A stretch of 32,535 bases of DNA. Source: PVC group bacterium. GTDB lineage: Bacteria > Verrucomicrobiota > Kiritimatiellia > SS1-B-03-39 > PXDE01. The stretch covers positions 1-32,535 of the forward strand of contig PXDE01000222.1 of assembly GCA_003566475.1 (NCBI GenBank), in the 5' to 3' direction. The notes under the pieces were generated by a model. It was not told the origin of the DNA. It was given only the letters and a program-made list of their open reading frames with translations, and searched no databases. The position numbers and the translations under genes are program-made. Every line of letters begins with the position of its first letter. Position 1 is the stretch's first letter. Below are positions 7,837 through 14,561 of the stretch, piece by piece.

Positions 7837-8523
7837 ATGCCCAGACAGCGACGATTGACGGTGCCAAATGTTCCTTACCATGTGTTGAACCGCGGAAATG
7901 GCGGGATGATCCTGTTCGAGAAGCCTATGGACTACACCGCCTTCGAACATGTGATGGAGGAGGCGCTCGGACGACATCCCGAGGTCTCCCTCCTGGCCTA
8001 TGCGGTGATGCCTACCCATTGGCACCTTCTGCTGGTTCCAAGCCTGCCCGGAGTGATTTCACAGTTCATCGGCTGGATGACCATGACCCATGCGCAGCGA
8101 TGGCAGGTTCACCGGCATCGAGTCGGCCTGGGCCACGTCTACCAGGGACGGTTCAAATCGTTTCCGGTCCAAACCGGCAAGGCGTTTGCGACGGTTGCTC
8201 GGTACATCGAACGGAATCCGCTGCGGGCGGGGCTGGTGGACCGGGCCGACGCGTGGAGATGGTCAAGCCTCTGGCGAATGGAGCACGGTACAGCGGACCA
8301 ACAGTCGCTTTTGTCCCCCTGGAGTCTGGCGGGATGGCCACGTCCGGGAGATTGGCTGTCCCATGTGCAACGCCCGCTCACCAAGGAGGAATACGATGCG
8401 CTACGAACATGCGCGGCCAGGGGCCGCCCCTTCGGTGACCCCGAGTGGCAGGGGATCTTCTCTCGGCAGCACGGACTGGACACCACCCTCCGCCCCAGAG
8501 GACGACCGCCGGCCGTTACTTGA
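7837..8523 (+). CDS. REP-associated tyrosine transposase-like protein (RAYT; IS200-like Y1 HUH transposase)
   Basis: MPRQRRLTVPNVPYHVLNRGNGGMILF..., HUH motif in MPTHWHLLLVP, catalytic Tyr region VARYIERNPLRAGLV, then a ~90-aa C-terminal extension. No tnpB/second ORF and no second copy in the window. Confidence 0.82.
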   Translation: MPRQRRLTVPNVPYHVLNRGNGGMILFEKPMDYTAFEHVMEEALGRHPEVSLLAYAVMPTHWHLLLVPSLPGVISQFIGWMTMTHAQRWQVHRHRVGLGHVYQGRFKSFPVQTGKAFATVARYIERNPLRAGLVDRADAWRWSSLWRMEHGTADQQSLLSPWSLAGWPRPGDWLSHVQRPLTKEEYDALRTCAARGRPFGDPEWQGIFSRQHGLDTTLRPRGRPPAVT

Positions 8524-8550
8524 CATCCACCAGGGGCCGGGATCTTCGCT

Positions 8551-9024
8551 TCAGTCCCCGGCCAGGATCTCCATGAGCTCCTCCTGGAACTGGGCCTGGT
8601 GGCGCTCGGCGATCTCCTGGCCGACCAGGGCGCCCTTCTGCATGAGCTGGGGCAGGGAGGTCAGGGCCTTCTGTCCCACCGGGGTCTGGTGGAACCGGAT
8701 GATCTCGCGCAGCTCCTCCTCGGTGAACTCCTCCTGGTAGAGGGTGATCATGCGGTTCACCAGCTCGGGATCCTCGGCCACCTGGGTCGCGAAGCGCAGG
8801 GCCGCCGCCTTGACCTTCGCGACCTTCTCCTCATCCAGTCCGTGCTCGCGCATGTTCTGGAGCATGGGCTCGAACATCGACTCGAAGGCCGAGGTCATCA
8901 GCTCCTTGGGGCTCCCCATCTCGTAGAGTTCGCGGGCGGCCTGACGGTGGCTCGACTCCGGCTCCGCGCGGAGCGGGGCGAGGAGAACGGCGAAGAGGGC
9001 GACGAGGGCGGCCAGTGCTTTCAT
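8551..9024 (-). CDS. DUF2059 domain protein (secreted)
   Basis: Signal peptide MKALAALVALFAVLLAPLRA, then ...LYQEEFTEEELREIIRFHQTPVGQKAL..., typical of DUF2059. Confidence 0.75.
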   Translation of the reverse strand: MKALAALVALFAVLLAPLRAEPESSHRQAARELYEMGSPKELMTSAFESMFEPMLQNMREHGLDEEKVAKVKAAALRFATQVAEDPELVNRMITLYQEEFTEEELREIIRFHQTPVGQKALTSLPQLMQKGALVGQEIAERHQAQFQEELMEILAGD

Positions 9025-9087
9025 GATGACCCTTCCGGGAACGGGTGGAGATGGTGACCAAGACGGTTTCACGGGCGCGGGCGAGGG

Positions 9088-9888
9088 TCAAGCGAAGTCC
9101 GCCCAGAGGGGCACGTGGTCGGAGGGTCGGGCGGCCCGGCGCGGGCCAAGATCGACCTCGCAGCGCCGGGCCCGGGCGGCCAGGGGCGGGGAGGCCAGCA
9201 GGTAGTCGATGCGCCAGCCCCGGTTGGTGCCCACGGGGTCGCGGGACCGGTAGTCGTAGAAGGTGTAGATGCCTGGGCCGGGGTGGAAGCGGCGGAGGAC
9301 GTCCTCGACGCCCCAGGCCCGGGTCCGGGCGAAGGCCTCGCGGGCCCGGATGTGGAAGCACACATGCTCCTCCCGCTCCTGCGGGTTGTGCACGTCCATG
9401 GGCTCGGCGGCCACGTTGAGATCCCCCAGCCAGAGCAGCGGCCGGGCGGGGTCGGCATGCCGCTCCAGATGCGCGCGGACCCGGGCCAGCCACTCGATCT
9501 TGTAGGCGTACATGAGATGCTCGATGTCGCGGCCCTGGGGCACATAGGTGTTGAGCAGGGTAATGCCGTCGATCTCGGCCTGGACCAGCCGGGGCTCGTC
9601 GGCCGGCCCGCCGTCGTCGAACCCGAACCGGACGCCGGCGAGGGGCCGACGCGACAGCAGGGCCACCCCGTTGTAGCCTTTCTCGCCCCGGAAGACCGCG
9701 TGGTAGCCCGCAGCCTCGAAGGCCTCCGCCGGGAACAGCTCGTCCACCACCTTGGTCTCCTGCAGAGCCAGGACGTCGGGACGGTAAGCCTCCAGCCAGC
9801 CCGTCACCGCGTCCAACCGGGCCCGGACGCCATTGACGTTGAAGGTGGCGATGCGCAGGCCGCGCCGCCGCGGCGTCCGGGCTGCCAC
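9088..9888 (-). CDS. xthA: Exodeoxyribonuclease III
   Basis: LRIATFNVNGVRARL...DVLALQETKV...IDYLLAS...SDHVPLWADF, the EEP-fold ExoIII pattern. GTG start at 9888, preceded by GAGGCGAGG. Confidence 0.88.
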   Translation of the reverse strand: MAARTPRRRGLRIATFNVNGVRARLDAVTGWLEAYRPDVLALQETKVVDELFPAEAFEAAGYHAVFRGEKGYNGVALLSRRPLAGVRFGFDDGGPADEPRLVQAEIDGITLLNTYVPQGRDIEHLMYAYKIEWLARVRAHLERHADPARPLLWLGDLNVAAEPMDVHNPQEREEHVCFHIRAREAFARTRAWGVEDVLRRFHPGPGIYTFYDYRSRDPVGTNRGWRIDYLLASPPLAARARRCEVDLGPRRAARPSDHVPLWADFA

Positions 9889-10068
9889 CTACCTCGCCTC
9901 CGCCGCCCGGGCGGCGAACTTCCGCCGCACCGAATCGCGCTGGAGGACGAGGATGGGGAAGCAGGAGAAGAGAGCGAGGATGCCGCCCACCACGTAATGG
10001 AAGATCGAGAGCAGCCGGAGGTGCTCGAGGTCGGGGTCGGGAGGCGGAGAGGGTGCGGCGTGGCTCAC
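9889..10068 (-). CDS. Possible small membrane protein (59 aa), GTG start
   Basis: VSHAAPSPPPDPDLEHLRLLSIFHYVVGGILALFSCFPILVLQR... has one hydrophobic helix. Its TAG stop abuts the xthA GTG start. No homology recognised, and the upstream part of the ORF is repeat DNA. Confidence 0.3.
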   Translation of the reverse strand: MSHAAPSPPPDPDLEHLRLLSIFHYVVGGILALFSCFPILVLQRDSVRRKFAARAAEAR

Positions 10069-10119
10069 GCGGGACAGGATGCGACAAGTCCTGCCGGATG
10101 GCCAGTTCCAGTTGACCCG

Positions 10120-10283
10120 GACCCCGCCTCCGGCGTGCCGCGCCGCAGTCCATGGGGGGAGTCGCCTGGCTGGCGGGCCGCCGTCCATGGACTGCGGTGG
10201 CATGGGTCGATCAAGGCCCGGTGTCCACCCCGATTCCCTCCGGCTCAGCAAGCCACGCCGCTTTCTCACCCCGTGCGACACCG
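10120..10283 (+). repeat. Dispersed repeat family B, copy 2
   Basis: Same ends as 4734-4932. Here the central hairpin has a perfect 13-bp stem: CCGCAGTCCATGG 10143-10155 / CCATGGACTGCGG 10185-10197. Confidence 0.8.
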
Positions 10284-10430
10284 CCTTGGCTCGACCTCGA
10301 CCAGGCGTCTGGCCCCGCACCAGACCCACGCTCCACTGCTCTGAGACACCATTCGCCGTCTTACATCGCAACCAATTCCGCAATAACATGTTAGGCCGCG
10401 AATCGCCACCATATCCAGCCGGAGCCTGTC

Positions 10431-10640
10431 CGCACGCCTGCGGCCGCCCCTTCAGGGCGGATGGGGTGGCGGCGGCGGTCCCGGGGTTCCACCCCAGGCT
10501 GGGTCAGGCGGCGGCGCCTTCAGCGCCCGGGCAGGTCCGGCCCATGCCTTCCTTCGACATTCGGAGTTCGACATGGATTCGCGTGCCCGACGAAGCGTCT
10601 GCGCGTAGTCGGGACATTCTGCGGTTCCCATGTGGCACGG
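10431..10640 (+). repeat. Dispersed repeat families D and E, copy 1 (two CTTCA-loop hairpins, then a TTCGACA-type heptamer array)
   Basis: 10431-10530 aligns with 27215-27330. Hairpins are CCGCCC-CTTCA-GGGCGG and GGCGC-CTTCA-GCGCC. Heptamers TTCGACA TTCGGAG TTCGACA lie at 10553-10573. GACATTCTGCGGTTCC at ~10612 matches 27608-27625. Confidence 0.8.
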
Positions 10641-10731
10641 GGGCGCCTGCCCACGTGCCCTGCCCCCAGACCAAGCCGTTGGCCCGCGAAAGATTCCCCG
10701 CCACCCGAAGGATTCCAGAGGCCCGGGGGGA

Positions 10732-10890
10732 GGGACTAAGGTGGGGGACTAAGGTCGGTGAACGAAGGACCAGGGACCACGGACCAAGGACCAAGGACAG
10801 ACATCCCGCATCCCGCATCGCGCATCGCGCATCCCGGATCACCCATCATCCGGCTGAACCCCGCCGCGGCGGGGTTCAGAGGCGCTTACT
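10732..10890 (+). repeat. Tandem-repeat cluster plus palindrome (family G, copy 1)
   Basis: GGGACTAAGGT x2 (10732-10756). Heptamer GGACCAN x4.7 (10767-10799). Heptamer CATCSCG x7 (10802-10850). Perfect 26-bp palindrome CTGAACCCCGCCGCGGCGGGGTTCAG (10854-10879). Confidence 0.9.
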
Positions 10891-10944
10891 GCCCACTGGC
10901 CACCGTCCCCCGATCCCGGCTAGGGTGGGGGCGGAGGTGTGACC

Positions 10945-11919
10945 ATGCCCGAACGACCGTTTCCCTTGAACCCGATGCGCGACCACCTGTATGGGCCGGA
11001 AGAGCTGTTCGGAGGCTTCGACCTCGCCGACCCGCGAAGCTACGCGGAGACCCTCGATTTCCGGGTGTACCGGTCGTTCCGCGAGGACGGGGGGACCATC
11101 CCGGAGTCGTGGTACACCGGGATGATGCGCAGCCTGCACGATTTCTCGATCTGGGCGGAGGTGGAGAAGTTCCGCAACGCGAATCCGGAGATCGTGGCCA
11201 TCATGGGCGGCCACAAGCTCACCCGCGACGCCCCCGGCTACGTCCAGGCGGCCCGGCTGGCCCGGCGGCTGGCCGCCGGGGGTCGGGTGGTGGCCAGCGG
11301 GGGCGGTCCCGGGGCCATGGAGGCCTCGCACCTCGGGGCCCGGTTCGGCCGGGCCTCGGAGGCGGAGATGGAGGCGGCGCGGAAGGAGCTCGCCTCGGTT
11401 CCCGCGTTCCCGGCCGAGGCCTCGCTGGCCCTGGTCGGGCCCGACGGCGCGGCCGACCCCGACGCCCTGGCCGAACTGCACCGCTGGCAGGCCCCGGTGT
11501 TCCGGGTGCTGGCCGACGCCCCGGCCGAGCCGCCGCCAAGCCTGGGTATCCCGACCTGGCACTACGGCCACGAGCCGGCCACCCCCCTGGCCTCCCACAT
11601 CGCCAAATACTTCCAGAACAGCATCCGCGAAGAGGGGCTGCTGGGGGTGGCCGCGTGGGGCATCGCCTACGTCCCGGGCAGCGCGGGCACCCTCCAGGAG
11701 ATCTTCCAGGACGCGGCCCAGAACCACTACACGACCTACCACTGGTTCTCGCCCATGGTCTTCCTCGACCGGCACTACTGGACCGAGGTGTTCCCGGTGC
11801 TGCCGGTCCTGGAACGCCTGTTCGGCCCCGAGCGGTTCCCCCGGTTCGTGCTTCTGACCGACGACATCGGGGAGGCGGCCGAGTTCCTGCTCGCCTTCCG
11901 GCCCGATCCCGGGGCCTGA
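10945..11919 (+). CDS. LOG-family (Rossmann-fold nucleotide-binding, lysine-decarboxylase-like) protein
   Basis: GGGPGAMEA and ...VPGSAGTLQEIFQ... correspond to the LOG motifs GGGxGxM and PGGxGTxxE. GGAGG lies 7 nt upstream of ATG 10945; the ORF-track start GTG 10939 is less likely. Confidence 0.75.
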   Translation: MPERPFPLNPMRDHLYGPEELFGGFDLADPRSYAETLDFRVYRSFREDGGTIPESWYTGMMRSLHDFSIWAEVEKFRNANPEIVAIMGGHKLTRDAPGYVQAARLARRLAAGGRVVASGGGPGAMEASHLGARFGRASEAEMEAARKELASVPAFPAEASLALVGPDGAADPDALAELHRWQAPVFRVLADAPAEPPPSLGIPTWHYGHEPATPLASHIAKYFQNSIREEGLLGVAAWGIAYVPGSAGTLQEIFQDAAQNHYTTYHWFSPMVFLDRHYWTEVFPVLPVLERLFGPERFPRFVLLTDDIGEAAEFLLAFRPDPGA

Positions 11920-11987
11920 CCGGAAGCCCGGGGCCGACAGTTGCCCCCGGCGCGGACTCGCACTAAGGTGGGGGCGAGTTCCGCCCT

Positions 11988-13070
11988 ATGAACGTCCTCC
12001 GAAGCTGGTTCCGCCGAAATTTGTCCGATCCGCAGGTGGTGATCCTGATCGCCCTGCTCCTGTCCGGCTTTCTGGTGGTGGCCTTCCTGGGCCGGATCCT
12101 CGCCCCGGTGTTCGCGGCGCTGATCATCGCCTACCTGCTGGAGGGGATCGTGCAGCGGCTGAACCGGCTGGGCATGTCGCGGGGCCTCGCGGTGGCCCTG
12201 GTCTTCCTCCTGTTCGTGGCCGCGATCGCGGCCACCATGCTGCTGGGGCTCCCCTATCTGGTCAACCAGATCATCCTCCTGGCCCGGGAGGCGCCCGAGT
12301 GGATCCGCACCACCCGCCTCGAGCTGACCAAGATCGCCGAGGAGCATCCCCAGTTCATCACCAACGAGCAGATTCAGACCCTGGCCGCCTTCGCCAACGA
12401 GAAGATCAACGAGTTCGGAAACGCGGCGGTGCGGTGGGCGGGCGCGTCCATCCAGGGGATCCTCACGTTTCTGATCTACCTGGTGCTGGTGCCGCTGATG
12501 GTGCTGTTTATGCTCAAGGACAAGCCCCGCCTGTTCCGGTGGATCGCGTCCTACCTGCCCCGCGACCGGGCGCTGGCCCGCAAGGTGTGGACCGACGTGA
12601 ACATCCAGACCGCCAACTACGTGCGGGGCAAGGCCCTGGAGATCGTGATCGTGTTCGCCATGAGTTTCGCCACCTTCTCCCTCCTGGGCCTTCGCTACGC
12701 CGCCCTGATCTCCGTGTTCGTCGGCCTGTCCGTGCTCATCCCCTATCTGGGGGCCATGGCCATGACGCTCCCCATCGCTATCGTGGCCTGGATGCAATGG
12801 GGCATGAGCTCGGATTTCGTCTGGGCGCTCGCCGCCTACGGCGTGCTCCAGCTCATCGACGGCAATGTCCTCGCCCCGCTGCTCCTCAGCGAGGTCACCG
12901 ATCTCCATCCTCTGGGGGTGATCCTGGCCGTGCTGGTGTTCGGCGGCCTGTGGGGGTTCTGGGGGGTGTTCTTCGCCATCCCCCTGGCCACGCTGGTCCA
13001 TTCCGTGATCCAGACCTGGCCTCGGGGCGAGCCCGAGGCGCCCGCGCCGGCCGATCCGCCGGAACCCTAG
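11988..13070 (+). CDS. AI-2E family transporter (PerM/UPF0118)
   Basis: Eight-helix membrane protein with the characteristic ...LIPYLGAMAMTLPIAIVA...LIDGNVLAPLLLSEVTDLHPLGVILAVLVFGGLWGFWGVFFAIPLA. Confidence 0.82.
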   Translation: MNVLRSWFRRNLSDPQVVILIALLLSGFLVVAFLGRILAPVFAALIIAYLLEGIVQRLNRLGMSRGLAVALVFLLFVAAIAATMLLGLPYLVNQIILLAREAPEWIRTTRLELTKIAEEHPQFITNEQIQTLAAFANEKINEFGNAAVRWAGASIQGILTFLIYLVLVPLMVLFMLKDKPRLFRWIASYLPRDRALARKVWTDVNIQTANYVRGKALEIVIVFAMSFATFSLLGLRYAALISVFVGLSVLIPYLGAMAMTLPIAIVAWMQWGMSSDFVWALAAYGVLQLIDGNVLAPLLLSEVTDLHPLGVILAVLVFGGLWGFWGVFFAIPLATLVHSVIQTWPRGEPEAPAPADPPEP

Positions 13071-13106
13071 TCCCCGGACCACGGCGGCGGCCGCGCGCGG
13101 CCCCGG

Positions 13107-14561
13107 TCAGGACTCCGGATTCCGCTGCCGGGCCTTGGGGTCGCCGTCGGCCGGGGGGGCCTGCTGGCCCAGAGCGTCGATCCGGGTTGCGCCCCGGGCG
13201 ACCATCCAGACCAGGAGCAGGACCGCCGCCGTCACCGCGAACCCGAAGAGGAGCCGGGCCGGCCGCTCCGCCAGGGGGAGGCCGGGCCGGTGGTCGGGGT
13301 TGGCCTCCTGCGGCCCGAGGCCGAGCCGGACCGGAACCTGCCCCGGACTCCGGGCCAGCACGCGGCCGAGATCGTAGCGGGGCGCGGGGGCGGACTCCGA
13401 CCCGAAGTGCAGCACCCACCCATGGTCCGGCTCCTCGGCCAGAAACACCAGCTCCACCTCCGGCCCGCGGCCCTCGACCGACGCCAGGTCGAGCGGAGGA
13501 TCGTCGCCGTTGGCGATGCTCAGCCGGATCCGCGCCGCCCGGATGTCGCGGGGGAGGTCGACCCGCAGCCGGGCCTGCTCGGTTCCCCCCAGGCGCAGGC
13601 GGTGGATGTCGGCCTCGGTCAGCCGCCGCCAGACGTCCGGCGCCTCCGGGGCCTCCGCCTCCACCACCACCCGGCGGTAGAAATTGTTCTGCCGGGGCGC
13701 GAGGTCGAGGCGGTCGAGGGGGCGACGGCCGGCGTCGAGCACCCATCGCGAGACCCGGGTCTCCGGGTCGGTTGTGGCCTCGATCACCGGAAGGTCGAAC
13801 CGCGCCCGCACCGCCTCGTCGGGCACGGGAACCGTGCGGAGGGAGATCAGCCGGACCCGGTCGATCCGCATGACCTGCTCGCGCATCAGCCGCCGCTCGG
13901 TCTCGGTGATGCCGAGGGTGGCGGCGGCGGTTCGGATAACCTCCACCCCGGGCGCGGCCTGCCGCTCCGTGAAGTCCGAGATCTCCACCCGCAGAAGCCG
14001 GGCTGGCCGCCCCGGAAGGTCGATCTCGGTGCGGCGAAGCCGGACATGCCGGGAGAAGTCGTAGATGGGCGCGGCCTCGACCAGGGTCTCCCACGCATCG
14101 TCCTCGGAACGGCCCTCGACCCGGACCGATTTCTCGAAGTCGCGGAGGGGGGTGTCGAGGATCAGGCGGTGGGGGGCCGGCGCGTCGTCGGGGAGGCGCA
14201 CGGTGATCCGGGCCCGGTTTTCCTCGGCGTCCGTCTCGAAGGCGACGATCTCGGCGATGGTCTCGGTCGCGACGGTCCGGGATCCGGGCTTCCGGAGCGG
14301 GCGGACGAGGTGGGAGACTTCGTTCCCGTCCGGATCGGCCAGCCGGAGATCGGTCCATCCGTCGCGGGTTTCGCGGTGGACATCGGGATCGAGGGTCACC
14401 GCGTAGAGCTGCGGACCCGGGTCCGCCGCTTCGGGTGGCGCGATGGCCTTGGTCCAGGCGAAGGGGGCGGGGTCGAACCCGCACGCCCCCGATGGGCCCG
14501 CGAGCAGGGCGGCGGCGGCCAGGCCCGCCATCCTCCATGCGGCGATCCTCTGGAGCCTCAT
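13107..14561 (-). CDS. DUF3999 family protein (signal peptide, C-terminal membrane anchor)
   Basis: Start at ATG 14561 ([27 protein letters not shown]...) and C-terminal helix [19 protein letters not shown]. Family assignment is from memory of DUF3999 proteins, which are encoded next to DUF2339. The start overlaps the stop of the upstream gene as ATGA. Confidence 0.7.
   Translation of the reverse strand: MRLQRIAAWRMAGLAAAALLAGPSGACGFDPAPFAWTKAIAPPEAADPGPQLYAVTLDPDVHRETRDGWTDLRLADPDGNEVSHLVRPLRKPGSRTVATETIAEIVAFETDAEENRARITVRLPDDAPAPHRLILDTPLRDFEKSVRVEGRSEDDAWETLVEAAPIYDFSRHVRLRRTEIDLPGRPARLLRVEISDFTERQAAPGVEVIRTAAATLGITETERRLMREQVMRIDRVRLISLRTVPVPDEAVRARFDLPVIEATTDPETRVSRWVLDAGRRPLDRLDLAPRQNNFYRRVVVEAEAPEAPDVWRRLTEADIHRLRLGGTEQARLRVDLPRDIRAARIRLSIANGDDPPLDLASVEGRGPEVELVFLAEEPDHGWVLHFGSESAPAPRYDLGRVLARSPGQVPVRLGLGPQEANPDHRPGLPLAERPARLLFGFAVTAAVLLLVWMVARGATRIDALGQQAPPADGDPKARQRNPES

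Noticed and set aside
6217-8523. 768-aa ORF, the longest plus-strand ORF in this region
   Set aside because: Its first ~540 codons are antisense to the well-supported sulfatase gene and are Gly/Val/Pro/Arg-rich low-complexity sequence. Only the last 228 codons (7837-8523, the RAYT) look like protein. The long open frame is a high-GC artefact.
7837-8523. Calling the Y1 transposase gene a complete IS200/IS605 insertion sequence
   Set aside because: No tnpB/accessory ORF, no second copy, and no matching left-end and right-end hairpin pair. There is one upstream inverted repeat and only a weak 7-bp stem downstream that overlaps the DUF2059 stop. It is better treated as a RAYT-like, possibly domesticated, gene.
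10802-10850. Regularly spaced short repeats that could suggest a CRISPR array
   Set aside because: The unit is 7 nt with no spacers, so it is a pure tandem microsatellite. There is no 25-40-nt repeat/spacer periodicity anywhere in the window and no cas genes.
10921-10937. Shared motif TA(G/A)GGTGGGGGCG ~20 nt upstream of both the LOG (10921) and AI-2E (11964) start codons, also at 10736; a possible -10-like promoter element
   Set aside because: An 11-13-mer is expected to recur by chance several to many times among the ~5x10^8 position pairs of a 32-kb GC-biased window. Only the position relative to the two starts is suggestive, which is not enough to call a promoter without TSS data.
12299-14538. 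524-aa (plus strand) and 547-aa (minus strand) Arg/Pro/Gly-rich ORFs overlapping the AI-2E and DUF3999 genes
   Set aside because: Their extreme R/P/G composition is typical of off-frame translation of GC-rich coding DNA. The alternative frames give recognisable proteins.
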